Shown: one piece after another, positions 24,301-38,348 of the stretch | Position numbering within the stretch: position 1 is the stretch's first letter | How the letters are laid out: every line of letters starts with the position of its first letter | From: Phoronis australis | Taxonomy: Eukaryota > Animalia > Phoronida | Direction of reading: 5' to 3' | NCBI GenBank assembly: GCA_002633005.1 | Contig: NMRA01000208.1 | Span: 473,606-537,605 of the forward strand | DNA length: 64,000 nucleotides | The notes under the pieces: generated by a model | Seen by the model: only the letters and a program-made list of their open reading frames with translations | Told to the model about the DNA's origin: nothing | Database searches by the model: none | Translations under genes and position numbers: made by a program

Positions 24301-26255
24301 TGTGACTAGATGAGCAATTTGCATAAGTAGACACGCCTTTATAGACAATACCCAGTACACTTTTGATATTTGACGCTATAGATTGGAGATCTTGCTTACA
24401 GGAATAAAACTGTGACTATTACTTCGTAATCAATAAGGGGATATAATTAAAAATAACCTAATAAACATATTGCAGGCAATTGTAAAATGACACCCATACC
24501 TTGCTGTTAGCAGTCCATTATTTTTATAGTTAACTGACATGCAACTTATATATAACTGAACTGGTTCAGAATTTGGATTTAAGATTACCAATTGTGGCGA
24601 GCACCTAGCAGTGTCATGGGTTCTCAACACGGTGTGCAAAAGCAGCACACCGACAGAAGTCGACGATGCTCTTACGGCTATAACATGCTTCCAATAACCA
24701 CTCAACTCTACTCCATTAAAGCTTTCACGAAAAAGTGTACGCAACAACAGGACATTGCACATTGATACTAACTCATCTGTTGAAATGTCAAGGAGAGACC
24801 ACAACAGAATTATATTTTCAATAAGGGCCAGAAAAAGCAGTTGACATTGTGCTAACGTCTACTGCACATTTCGACATTGGCTTTTTTTAATGTGGAAAAT
24901 CCAGTAGGTATTTACAGGATATACACATACCATCCAACTAATGAAACCAGACTCAGGTGGAAAGGTGAGGACCTTTTACTCGACTAGATTTTGTAATCCA
25001 GTCAACCTGCTGTGAAGTCAACATGGAGTCTAGCCAACTTGAATACCATTGGCAAAGTAGCATTTACCAACTGATTGTTGTTGTTGTTGTAGACAGATAA
25101 CATCAGCAGTTATATCGGGGAATGCGACTGTAAAAAAAACTGCAAAAACAATATGTGATTAATATTCTGCAGCTCAAGGTTGGCCCTCCCCCGAACACCA
25201 CAAGCTGCGTGTGTCAACGGTACCGGGGAAGTCTACGTAAACACAGCAAACCATAATGGAAATACAATCAATAATATAAACCATGTATAATAGTGTGCAC
25301 CATGTGGGGTTAATATGTCTTGTACACAAAAAACACAAAATAACATGAGCGCCACCCACCGGTTGCCTCGCCATTTTTTTCTAGTTAAAGATATAAGATA
25401 AATAACAAACGTTCAAAAACATATAAACCGTGTCCCTAACGTATTTTTGTTGACAAGGCCTCCGGTGGGAGACGCCGGTTGGCACATTCGCTTGTTTACC
25501 CAGAATAGACGCCTAACTAACTAACACAGCCGTTGACCAATCAGAAGCATGCGGCATAGCCAGGAGCCAGCAGCATGTTAACAGCCACCAATTAGTTCTC
25601 AAAACTCATTCTGCTCGTGACCATCACCTGGCCAAATGCCAACGCCATCTTTAGAGACATGCGCTCACGTGCATAAGACCCAGGTGCAAAAATCTAAACA
25701 GCCTACACCTTAAACACTGGTAGAAGGTTAACTTGAAGTTGAGTTTTTGTATCAATCAATTACTCACTTTAGTACTACTCTACGGAATGTTATGCTTAGA
25801 GACGACCTCAAACACAGACAAATATATAATAGAACTTCATTTTCTACATGGAATTATTCCTCCAACAAGTGGCGCTGCTGTAAGCCATGTAAGCTATGTG
25901 CTGTACTACTTGACTAACACCTTATAATTCAAGCCTCAAATTCTCCCCTAAAGTAATTTCTTTGCTACAGTCAGGATTAGTGAAACCACAAGGAAACAGT
26001 CAGCCATAACAACTGAATGTTATGCCCTATAAACAGCTGCACCTAAGACAGTGCCCTGTGCGTGAAGCATGAAAACCGTTTGCTTAATTAAATGAATTGC
26101 AATAACCATCTTAACACCTTAAAATCCTTAATAACTCGTCTTAAAACAACGTCGTCGTCAGAACTCGGATAATTACCAAGTTGATTGCCAGAGAATAAAC
26201 AGTACTCTACACTACCTCACTGGCAATTGTAACCACTCGGTCACCACAGCGTTGC

Positions 26256-29200
26256 CTAAGCGATGTAAAGTGTGTTCAACACAAGCACATGGTGGTTGTT
26301 CTTGGCCAGAGTCACCACGTAGCCCTCCGAGGTGATCTTGAGGCCACAGCAGCGAGACACCTTAACGTAGGGGCACTCAAACTCGCCGATCAGCGAACCG
26401 TCGCGCTGGAACACAGCCACGTGGAAACGGTTGCCATGGGAATCACCCACAAGGACATCACCAGCATCACTTATGTCAATGCCATTGGGGAAGTTGGTGA
26501 TGTTCTCACAGCCGATGCGTCGCAAGAACTGGCCATCCTCGTTGAACACAACCACACAATGACCCTGCAAGGAGGGGGCAAAGGATTAGAAAATGAACAT
26601 GTAGTGATCCTACAAGGAGGAGGCAAAGAATTTCACAAGGATCACTCAGTGTAAATAATAATAGAAAGTATGAAATAGCTTAAAGCTCTATTCACTACTT
26701 GCATCGTTATGCTTGAAAATGAAGAGTTGTGTCTAAACTGCATGTGCTTTCACGTTTGCGTAGTTAAAATTGATGCTAAAATGAGGCATTGTGTCCTAAA
26801 CAACAATGCACAGCAATTATTTTTGGTGGCGTCACCAAACTGTGCAAGTAGTCGATAAACACGTGTTCAATCCAAGAACTGTTTCACCGTACCACCTACG
26901 GCAGCAAAATTAGTCTCCACTTGTTTCTTACTCAGACGAGAAGTGATTTTTGAGTTTGTGAAGAACTGACAGATAGAGAGACTGTTGCCAGGCAACAACA
27001 AACTGCCAGTACAGAAATTCATACAGACAGACAGCAGTTCAGTTTAAAACAATTCGTTTGATACAGAATACAAACATTCCCTAGTAAGTATGTGCCATCT
27101 AACTGTGATGGCAGCTTGCTTGACAAAGTGACTTATTACTAAAGACAACGTACTTTGAAGTCGCACACAAAGAACTCCTTGCCACTGACGGCTATGTCTG
27201 ATGGCTCTCTCATGTACTCAGAACAGTCGAACCACTTGAGTAAGTCACCCGACTCAGCAATACAGAAGACAGTGGGCGAGACACTATCGACAGCAACAAT
27301 ATGACCTGAAGAGGGCGCCAAAGTACAACAGTTACCAGTAGGGAAGCACACATACTATATGTAAGCATCGCCTACACTGCTGTAGACAAAACATCTTTGA
27401 TAGAACTCAGTTACAATTCTACACCTCTAAGTATGCAACATTTCACAAATTTACTCTTACTGATTACAGTTGAATCTCTAAATGCATGTCACAATGTAAC
27501 ACTATTACCACGTATCATTTATATATTCCATACGAATCTGCATTTTTGCATACGGTACACAGGACTGCAAAGCCTATCCTATCCTTTCATATGGCAACCC
27601 TAATCCCACCCACCACTCTAACCCTAATCCCACCCACCACCCTCATATCCCAAGCCCCACTTACCATGTTGTGTTATGGCCAATCCAGCCACTATGTCGA
27701 TGTAGCGTATGGCAATCTTCTTAATGAAGTGTCCGTTCCTGGTGAAGATCTGCATACGCGACCGCTCGTTGCCACGGTCACACACAACATATTTACCACT
27801 GCTTCTCATTACGGCCACCTTTCTGGGGTGCCAAAGTTGGCCCTCCTCACGACCTGAACAAAAACATTCCTCTTCATACGTGCTAGCCAAGTAAAACGCA
27901 CTAAACATGTATTTTGAGTAATGTATCTAGAATCACGCCTACTAAAATGAAAACGCTCCATTTTGTCAAACTGTAGAGTAATGATAATAACTAGACTTTA
28001 TCTATCAGAACTTAACACTGACAAGCACACACTCACTCATCAAGCATCATTTTGTACAACAGGGAACCACCATCAAGTAATGTAGAAGACAACAGCATTA
28101 CGAGTCTGCATTTAGTTGAAGCAGCTTTGGAAAAATAGTCTTCAACAGGCTTGACGATAACTTGATCAGACACCAGCCAAACACACAGTAGTGCGCACAC
28201 ACGATAACTTGATCAGCCACCAGCCAAACACACAGTAGTGAACACATACGATAACTTGATGAGCCACCAGGCAAACACACAGTAGTGTGCACAACTAACA
28301 CTAGTTACCTGGTATGCCAAACTGATACTTAAACTCGCCAGTCTTCTCAAACACCTGTACACGGTGGTTGTTGGTGTCAGCTACAATGATATCTTCCTCC
28401 ATACCCAGACAGAAGCCATGAGGAGAGTTGAACTGTCCCTTGCCCGGACCCAGCTGACCAAACTTGCACCTAAACGGTTACACAACCAACGATGTTGCTT
28501 TAATGCAGTGAGGTGGCAAACAATTCAGAACGTCATCTGAATAAAAGACATCCATCTGTATTTGCAGTTCATTTCTAATGTAATCCGCACTATTGTGACA
28601 AAGTGCTTGTACATTATATATACACTGTAAGCTTAAAATACATCCCACAATGCAACAGGATTTGCTGGACTTGAGCACTAGTCAATTCTTGCCCCTGATT
28701 CAACAGGTGTCGCCGCTAGTCAGAAATTATGCAGTTAAAATATAATGACGTTCCGTAGCTAAATAACAAATAAAGAAGCGGATCTCCGTTGATAATACGA
28801 GTGCAAGACGACAGAAACTACAAACCAGAAACCAAGTGACAATCAAAAGACATTTGTTACCTGATCTGCATGGGTGTCATCTTGCCAGAGCCTCTGACAG
28901 GGAAGGGAGGGTGGGAGCTGAACTGAGATCCACCACCACTGGCACCTACAAACAATAGGGAACAACAAAGCTTTTCAGTGTGATGCATGAAACTATACAT
29001 CAGGGGTACTTAAACCACCAAGGTCAAGGCAGGGCAAAGAATTCATGCAAAACATACAAGAAACCTTTACGGACTTTAAAACTAATGAATGTCAATGATT
29101 CAACTGAAAAGTTACAATGACAAAAGGAAATAGAAGCTACGTGATATTCGCAACACTGGGTGTAATGTGAGTTCGGAATCCGATAGGGATTGTCACATGG

Positions 29201-32200
29201 GAATACGAAACTTGAAACATAATTAGAAGAACTGATGCTTGTGAAACCACATGGTCACGTGATCTCAAGACATGGATCAGATGCATGGAGACGGCTACAC
29301 AATCAAATATTGGTGTGACCCAACTTACCACCAGAGCCCGAGAGGCTGAAGCCGGAGGTGCTGCCCGTTGGTGACTGGTGGCCGGCACCAAACACACCAA
29401 TCTCCATACAGGGGGTCTGTGAACGCGACCCAGAGCCACCGCTGAGGTTCAGGCCTAGGGAAAACCGTATATAGACTGAGACACTGAGAGGATATTGGAG
29501 GAGTCTACATTAGCAAGAAGACACTATACAGCCAAGCAGACTAATTTCCAACAAGATCTTTAGTTGATCAATAACACACTGACACATCCTTCAACATATT
29601 AACCAAAATTAGTCATGTTACAAGTTAAAATGATGATTTAGTGAAACAGTTGCATTGTGATGACTGTCCTTATCATACAGGGCTACAAAAATGGATAATC
29701 AGTACCACAAGCATACACAACCCATACGCGTACAATAAACCAAGACCCCTGCATGACGAGACAGCATAAGATGTCATGAATAATCAACAACTAGCCACAA
29801 ACAAACAACTCACTGGTATCTGGAGGAGGGGGTGGTGCCCGTATAGCGTGACCGAGTGACTGAGCCTGTGACATCAGAGATGGAGTCAGTCCAGTCACAT
29901 TGTTGACATTCAGTCCAGCCAATGTCTGACCATTGAGTGTGATCTGACCTACAGAATGAAACGGAAGGTGTAATAGAAAAGAGCAAAGAATCCTCAGTTA
30001 AGCATGACCAAGGACCTTCTACAAATGTTAAAGAACAGTCAGGTGAGCGTGAATATCATATGACTATGGAACCAACTGCATAAGCACTTCAAACCTAGAC
30101 TCCAGGCTTGCATTGACGCTAGGACCTAGCTAAAATCTAGTCAAAGTCACGTGTTCTCACTTGAAATACACGGCAATATCTCGCGTAATTTGCTTTCTAG
30201 CGAGGTCCTAGCGTTACTGAACGGGAGGCAGATTCATAATGTTCATGCACTAATACTAACAATTCAGAGCAGGGTTGACCAAGCAAACAGGTTAAGAGGA
30301 CCCATTCTATGTATCATAGACTACGAACTGAGATGCCTTTTGAGGCTTCCATTTCAATATTATCACTTCATTCTTGAATAAGAGCTTTTAAAGTTTATTG
30401 CGAAAAACATAATGTATACTAACTGGAGTTAAGCCCATAATGCACTAAAGCACTACACCAGTCAATGCACTTTCCCTACATCAAGTCACAACAGAGGAAA
30501 GATCAAACTATTAACTGCAGTGGGTCAGAAAGCAGTTTAGAACAGGACATCTACGATCTTCAGGGTACAGAAGTGTCCACACCTGGATCTACCATTCAGC
30601 CACGGGTCACTTACCTTGGCTGTTGATGTTGACAGCCCCTAGCTTCATCAGTGTGGCCAGGTTTGCCATAGGTGTGCTGGAGCCACTGCCACTGCTGCTG
30701 GCATCCACGGAGATACCGCTGTCAGACATGGCCGGGCTTTGGGAGCCGCGAGACAAGCTACGCTCTGGCGCAATGCCGCCTACAGTAGGCGGGGCACCTG
30801 TCAATGGAGCAGAGAATGACATCGTATGAAGGCAATGATTAAGAAAATGGACGGGTTTACAACACTGTGGTACAAGTATTTTCTTGTTTAAGAAAAATGT
30901 GCAAGAGTATACGGAACAGCTTGAAAAACACTGTCCTTCCACCAGTTCAAACACTGTCCTTCCACCAGTTCAAACACTGTCCTTCCACCAGTTCAAACAC
31001 TGTCCTTCCACCAGTTCAAACAAACTCTGTGCACAATGGATAACAAAGAATTCATCCCTTTCACGGCATGATCTGTTGTCCAACTTTTCGTTCAATATTG
31101 CATAATAACCAAAGTTTACACACGAGACTGGTCCTACAAGCTGAAATTACCAAAAAACACACTTTACAACTTCAACCTCCTCGCCCAACATTAGGAAACA
31201 AGCAGACTCACCAACAACAGCTCCGGGCATGGCCGCTGCCAGCGGGGGGAGGGGCTGCACAGGTTGTTGCAGGAGGAACTCGTTGACGGTGGGTGTCATC
31301 AGCGGCGAGCTGAACGTGTCTACATCTAGCAATGGCATCAGCTCAGGCTCCTGCACAGGGAACAAGACACATTGTAACATGAGAGTTAAGCCAGCAGAAA
31401 AGGGCAAAGGGTATAATCAACACACTTATCGAAGTGATGTTTCCTCAATGAATATCTATGAAGTGAATTAATAAGTTTTTAATGTAACTGAGAAAGCTTG
31501 AGTTAATTTGATCAAAACACTTTAACAGTACGGGGAGTTATATCATTTAATCTTTTTCTGGGCACTTACGATTCTCTTTGTACCATGATTTGTCTCACAC
31601 AGTATGATTGACGTTTAGGAAACAATTACGTTCAATAAATGTGAAAGCCTTTCATACCCCATTATACTTACAGGAGGTTTGGGAGCATCGGAAGCAAAGT
31701 GACCGAAATGTTTCTCCACGACAGCCTCAAACTGCTGGTTGTCAGTGAGGAACTCAAGACTGACGTTGACATCAGGCTTGGGCGTGTTGGTGATGAGGTT
31801 ATGCAGCTGAGAGACCAGGGTCTTTTTCAGGGACAAGATCTCGATGCTAAAACAGATGATAGGTTCCCAAAATAGGGTGGACTAGTGCAGAGGAATTACA
31901 CTCCAAGTTATAACATTGCAACGTGGAAATGAGACATCATCTGACATTCAATACAACACTTTAGTTGTTTAAAGTGCACTTAGTGTTCTTAGCGATTCAC
32001 TTTTCTTCAAAACTGTTCATTTCATCTTAAGAATGATACAAGAAGTCAAACTAACTGCTTGCAAATAGAAAACATTACGCGCGACTCAGTCACCAAGCAT
32101 TCTTTCACAAATCTCATCCCCTCTCAACAATGCATAGTCCAACAAAGAACTGTCACAGGTTCACCTGCAGAAGCAGTGGGACGCAGAATGAGAAGATACA

Positions 32201-35200
32201 GGCTGTAACCACACCTGCCTACTTACGTGTTGCCGTTGTTAAGCACCCTCTCAGTCACCTTACAGCCATCCTCAATCTTCTCAATGGTCTTCTCAATGTT
32301 GTGGAACAGATGCATTACTTTCCCTTCCTGCTCCTGGTGGAGCTTCGTCAGCTGCTGCAACATTGCCTCCTGCCAAAATTATGGTAAGAATGGTCGTTAT
32401 TTACACCTGCATGGCTACTTAAGGTCTGACAGTATGATGGCTTGAACACGGTTATTGACCATGAATGAAAGGGATTTAGGTTATTACTGAAAGTGTCTGA
32501 TCTCGGCATTTCAGTTAAAACAAAACTTTGTTAGCACAACGCACACTGTCCGTGAAGCCGCTGTCGACCTAATTAAGGCCAACCCCTACAAGCGATCACA
32601 GGAAATGAGGTTTATACAAATTTCAATCTTCCCTAAAGAAAACTACATACATTTTCTGACATCAGAATGCAAGAAGAACGCGACACATTCAAATATGCCC
32701 AACATTGCACACCAAATGGCAAGCTTCTAGAGCGCTTAATCAGTAGCATAAAAATGGCACAAAATACATCGAACCTGTTTGAAAATAAGAAAGTTTCGTC
32801 CTCACCCTCATAGAAAACTATTTGCCACATTTCATGAAATTCAGTCGAGAAGTCCAAAAACACTGAGGCAAATGTAAAAGAAACACTAGAATTGCCAGGA
32901 GCATGTATACCGGTTATCAGATGAGTTTGAAACTTGTTTGTCATCTGTCACCAGAATATCTATGATCAACAAACATCAGCCAAGTCTCATTAACATCTTG
33001 CAACATGCACCTACATATATGTACATGTATCTTGCAAGAGGACGCTGGACACCCAGATAGAGATGACAGCAACATGCACCTACATATATGTACATGTATC
33101 TTGCAAGAGGACGCTGGACACCCAGATAGAGATGACAGCAACATGCACCTACATAGATATGTACATGTATCTTGCAAGAGGACGCTGGACACCCAGATAG
33201 AGATGACAGCAACATGCACCTACATATATGTACATGTGGGTGCATAATAAAACAGCACCCAGAACCACAAAATCATTAAAACCTGCCAAGCCCATCAATG
33301 CCCAACGCCATCATACCTTCCTCTTCTCCAACAGAGCCTTGTAGCTGCAAAAGGTTTCCTCAATCAGCTCCTTGGCATTGTCCCTCTGCGCCTCCAGCTT
33401 GGACAGAGTGTTCTCCAGGCTGGTCGAGGCCTCTTCACACGTTTTGATACGCCCCTTGCACTCCGTCACCAACAGCTGCAGCTCGTCGACCTGTTTGATG
33501 TCCACGTCAGTCACACGCTCGTACAAGTGACCTTTGTGCTCCAGCAGCATGCATTCGTTGCAAATAGGAACCTGGAAACATAGAGCAAGGATGGTGGAGG
33601 AGATAATACCAGACATTGTAACATGTTGCCAATCTAAGCATGAGAATCATGAAATAAGCTGATCGACTGTTGCCAACTGGTCTCCGTATTCTCTTGGCCA
33701 TCATTTTTACTATCGGAAGCAACTGAGTGATCATTCACGACTTTTATCAAAAAGTCCAATCTTGGAAGGTTTGCTCATCTCAATGAAAACTAGTGTCGAC
33801 AAGGCTGAGAAATGCATGCAGTTAAGTGTCTGCATGCAGTCCTTAACACTAACAAAGAATAAAGAAATTGCAGAAAAAGTCATGAATTGGCCATTTGGGA
33901 ACACCCTAAATAAAGTATATTTGATACAGATAAAAGCAACAAAAGGTTACAATAACATAAGAGGTTCAAGGAAATACGTATTCACTCCATCAGAGTCCAC
34001 ACCCTAATGACTCATCAGTTCCTTCACGTAATGAAGTTAGCTGTGAGTTATAACTAATACCCTTCAGACACCAACTTCATAAGTCAGTGCTTTGAACAAC
34101 AAAGAAACCATCGCGATATATATTATGACATAGAATAAGAATAACTTAAGTTCACTTTGTGCACAAGGTAGTTAGTTTGAAAGAAAAGTTCCGTTGACAG
34201 AGCGATCCAGTATCAATTGATAGCGACAAGGAATGTTAAACCTTCAAGCACACCGCTTGTCAGCACTAGTGACAGGAGTGAGGACAGTGCAGGGTTGGAT
34301 CTCTGACAGGAGTGAGGACAGTGCAGGGCTTGGATCTCTGACAGGAGTGAGGACAGTGCAGGGTTGGATCTCTGACAGGAGTGAGGACAGTGCAGGGTTG
34401 GATCTCTGACAGGAGTGAGGACAGTGCAGGGCTTGGATCTCTGACAGGAGTGAGGACAGTGCAGGGTTGGATCTCTGACAGGAGTGAGGACAGTGCAGGG
34501 TTGGATCTCTGACAGGAGTGAGGACAGTGCAGGGGTTGGATCTCTGACAGGAGTGAGGACAGGGCACGGGTTGGATCTCTGACAGGAGTGAGGACAGTGC
34601 AGGGGTTGGATCTCTGACAGACACTCACCTGGCAAGATAGGCAGAAGTACTTCATGGACTCGGCTGCATGCACCGGGCAAAACAGTGGCTTGTGTATGGC
34701 TATGGCATCCCCACCAGCTTGGATGTCCTCAAAGGACAACACCTGAAATGCACAAATCGCCCAGTATTAAATAAGCGCTTCCTATATTCACATGAACAGT
34801 AGCAAGTCTTTCTATTCCACATTCAATTTATTACTATACAGCTCTCTTGGCGACATTCGAGGCTTACTCTGTTTAGAACCTGACAAACCCTTTATCAGCC
34901 ACTCTTATACGTGTTGTGGCAACAGGTCTTAAAGTAGGTCAACCAAAGGTCATCCAACGCGACTGGCAAGAGTTACCTTGTGATTTTCAAAGCATCGCAT
35001 GTACTGGTGGGCCGTGACACAGTTGGGACAGAGAAAGTTGGCGCAGTCACTGCAGCGTGCCACTGCTCTCTCCTTTGCTTTGCAGCTAGTGCACACTATC
35101 TGCATGTCCTCGATGGCCGACATGTCCAGCATGTTACACATGACAAAGTCGAGCACCAAGTCGTTGACATCGTGGCTAGGGAGCGGCGTGCTCTGTTTGC

Positions 35201-35462
35201 AGGTCGGGCACGTGATGCCATCCTTGGAGACCAGCGGCTTCTCTTCAAGAACGCTCTCATCGCCATCTTCAACTTCATGCCCGGTGAGCAGCTTGTCGAG
35301 ACAAGGAGTACAGAAGACATGAAGGCAGGAGAGGAGGCGGGGCTCCTTTAACTTGTTGGAACAGAACGAACACACATGGTCCTCATTCAAGTTAGTAGGA
35401 GAGGTTGACGGTGACTCTTGTACGTCCGGAGAGCCCGGCACATCAACAGGCGACTCTGACAT
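26256..35462 (-). CDS. mei-P26: TRIM-NHL protein, mei-P26/NHL-2 orthologue (RING, two B-boxes, coiled coil, low-complexity linker, NHL propeller), about 883 aa
   Basis: 14 phase-consistent GT-AG exons: 35462-34977, 34742-34629, 33571-33317, 32369-32227, 31846-31672, 31350-31212, 30797-30615, 29948-29814, 29454-29329, 28945-28861, 28469-28309, 27853-27665, 27305-27154 and 26564-26256. The C-terminus [40 protein letters not shown] closely matches Drosophila mei-P26 as I recall it. Confidence 0.92.
28154..28292. repeat. ~47-48-bp tandem repeat x3 in a mei-P26 intron
   Basis: ACGATAACTTGATCAG.CACCAGCCAAACACACAGTAGTG repeated. Confidence 0.85.
30105..30225. mobile_element. Small MITE family (ACGCTAGGACCT inverted ends)
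   Basis: Internal inverted repeats GACGCTAGGACCT / AGGTCCTAGCGT. Reverse-complement homologue at 52943-53096 and a partial copy at ~53170-53262. Confidence 0.65.
30926..31021. repeat. 23-bp tandem repeat x4
   Basis: AAACACTGTCCTTCCACCAGTTC x4. Confidence 0.9.
33001..33237. repeat. 69-bp minisatellite, ~3.4 copies
   Basis: Unit starts (CAACATGCACC) at 33001, 33070, 33139 and 33210. Confidence 0.9.
34270..34620. repeat. 34/35-bp minisatellite, ~10 copies, abutting a mei-P26 splice donor
   Basis: Unit TCTCTGACAGGAGTGAGGACAGTGCAGGGTTGGA. Confidence 0.92.
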
Positions 35463-36702
35463 GCTCCAAATCTGAAAAATTGAACAAAGAAACGGATTCT
35501 TTATTGGTCATAAAGTGAAAACAAGGAGGAAAACTGTCAACGTTTAAAACAAAGATACAAAGAATTAAAACTCAAAACAAAAATCATATCAGGCAGCTTT
35601 CCAACACAGGGAACACATTTCAAGTGATATTTGATTTGAATTAGAAAAATATTTCACTCGTATCAGTAATGTCCGCCATTTAGTTACAACAAGAACGATG
35701 TGATGCCATTCTTTGTACTTGTGGAATATCCATGAATTAACCTCGTAACTTCCAAATTGGTTATTTTTTCAAACGCATCGTAAGTGTTACCAAATAGGTC
35801 CCTTCAACACGTTAAAAGAGGTCGTGGAGAACCCTGCTCGAGTCATGCCTGAAAGTCCTGAGCCTTGTTGAAAAGCCCCGAGTCATGTTTAAAATCTTAA
35901 GCCATGTTTGAAAGGCCAGAATTACAAGACAAACATTTGAAATGATGTTGCTTAGTGGTTCTTATTTCATTATTTTGCATTGAAAATGATAGTGACATGT
36001 CCAACAAATGATAGTGACATGTCCAGCAAATGATATTGACATGTCCAGCACATGAAAACAATGCGTAACTCAATATTGTTTTTTCTTCTGAAACCAGAAT
36101 ACAAAAACACGATGCTGAATTTGCACCATGCTTGAATTTTTCTCAGGGAAAATCAAGTCACAAACCAGAGCTACGTGTGCTGGTTCTTCTTGCAGTTTTT
36201 GCAAACGACAGTTTTCAAAGAAATTTCAAATGTACTACTTCACAACCATTTCAAAACACACCTGGCTTATAACATACTACTAGAGTAGTTAACTTAACTT
36301 CTGTACTGTTCATGTTTCCTAAACAAGAATTCGCAATCCGAAATTAATGAAATTTGTCATTAAAAAGACCAGAAACATGATTTCGTCGTCCGTTTCCTTC
36401 GTATGACCCCCATCCTCAGCTTTCGTCGTCGATGACGTTTTGAAGTGATTTTGAATTCTTCAAAACGACTATCATATTGATACTATGAGAAGTTCACGTA
36501 GGTTAGGTTCGAAATACAAGCAATACTGAGAGCATAAGGAAGTGAAAATTGCAACGCCTATCGAAGATGTCGCACTTCACATTCCATTTTCGCAAATTCT
36601 GGGTCGACGGGCATTTAATTCTGGTGGGCGTTTGCTCAAGAAATCTATCCGTAATTGAGAGCAATGTCTCTCTATCTCTCGTACAACAAATCTCGGACTT
36701 AC

Positions 36703-36870
36703 CAACCTTATGTTTGTTGAGCTAACTCTTTGATATGTATTTTGAAGATAACACTAAGTAAATATTTTTTCGACGACTTCAGCCACGCATTGCAGAAAAC
36801 GCCGCCATTTTGAAGTCCCAGTACACTCTAATGCGCATGCGTCCCACAGTATTTCGCGGGAAAATCCAGC
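36703..36870 (-). promoter_or_regulatory. Probable mei-P26 promoter and non-coding exon 1
   Basis: Minus-strand donor (plus-strand CTTAC at 36698-36702). Canonical YY1 site GCCGCCATTTTG at 36801-36812 and NRF1-like TGCGCATGCG at ~36832-36841. CpG-enriched. The acceptor of the ATG exon is at 35472. Confidence 0.6.
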
Positions 36871-38207
36871 TGCCGTCAAAGAAGAAGATTCCTACAAACT
36901 CCGCCGTGTTTTAATTTTGTTTACAGGATTTCAAATATAGCTCTGAATAAATGTCTCTCTCATTGTAGAAATGGCTGCCTATTTTAAATCATAGTATTCT
37001 CGGTGGTCTTATTAGGCCTACATCTACGTCAGTCCCCTAGAAAGGAACTTTTTACATGTTGACTTCAACACTGTTGTACGATTTCACAAAAACAGGGAAA
37101 CACAGATTGTCGATTTTATCATCATTGAGCCCCCACTCCGTGAGCAGCCGCTTTAGAAGTTTTTTAACAAAAAATCACGAAAAGGGTCGCCGTGTGGATG
37201 CCATTAACGGATCTCTAAATATGAAAAGATCTAAATTTACTTCAATAAACAGAAAATGAGCAACACTTGGTGCTATCTGTACTGTCAGGTTCTCAATTTT
37301 TAGCGCACCTTCCATCTTTCTAGAAAAAAACAAAGAAAAAGAGCGGCATAATAGGCGACTGGCATTCAAATAAAAAACAGTGAATTAATATGCTCAGCAA
37401 GAGCTGTACTGTAAAAATTTCGTCGACTTTTCGAAATATGTATAAATGATTGAAAGTGCAAATTTTCCCAGGTGAGTTTCAAACAATGGGGTCGCCTAAA
37501 GGGTAAACTAAACATTATAGTACATGGGCTGGTCCAGGATTTGTAAAAAGGAGGGTCGAATCAATCAGGACTTTTTTAAAAACGGAGGTCCCACTGAGTC
37601 AACAATTCAGTTGAAAATTTTAGATTTGATATCCAATAAAGGCCGGAAAAGGGGGAGTTCGGACCCCCGCCTTGACTCCCCTGGATCCGCATATGTGGTA
37701 GTTGACAAATGTTTTACTTGAATTTTCTCTTCCGTATCTTTCGCCGACCATCCCTATAGCTGTTCAGTCCACGCCCTATGCCACTTACCCGGCATGTACG
37801 GACTATGATCCTGACGTCAGCAAATTTTAGGTGGGGACGTGTCTGGCTCCCACTTATATACAGCCCTTTATAAAGGTTTACTTGGACAGGGCACATCCCC
37901 GGCCCGTACTGACAGCAGTTTCATTGCACCCCTTCCGTCACCCTCAACGCATTTTGTCCATCGTCCCGCTAGGTGACGCGTCGGTGGCCTCCAGATTCAA
38001 AATGCATTGTTCGTCAATAGTGAAACGCCTTGAAGAACTTTGAAGAAACCTTTTAACGAATGGAGTTGCAGGCCCGTAGGAAGGCAAAAATTATTGGGGG
38101 GCACACAAATCATTTCGACTTCGCCAAACAATCCCCCCCGCACCCGTGCTCTCGATGCCACTATATATTTGTACTGAATCTCCCACCTCCGCCCCAGGTG
38201 GGAGGCA

Positions 38208-38348
38208 CAGTGGCGGATTTAGGGGTGGCCATGGGGTCATGGCCCCACTAAAATTCTCCAAAATTCCATTTGGCCGGCGTTCGGGGGTGCGAATTTCTGA
38301 CGGGTCAACCTGGCCCCCAATGAGTCAAAATCCTGGATCCGCGTCTGT
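38208..38348. mobile_element. GC-rich MITE (CAGTGGCGGAT...ATCCGCGTCTG ends)
   Basis: Imperfect terminal inverted repeats. Related ends at 37523-37696 and ~42471. No clear TSD. Confidence 0.5.

Noticed and set aside
26200-26220. let-7 seed match CTACCTCA near the mei-P26 stop
   Set aside because: It is on the plus strand, antisense to the mRNA. The minus-strand TGAGGTAGT matches only 9 nt of let-7, with no convincing hairpin.
32941-33247. Repetitive ORFs, or a CRISPR-like array
   Set aside because: This is a head-to-tail 69-bp minisatellite with no unique spacers, in a eukaryotic intron.
34213-34680. Cys/His-rich repetitive ORFs resembling zinc fingers
   Set aside because: They are translations of the intronic 34-bp minisatellite. 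The real exon ends at the donor at 34628.
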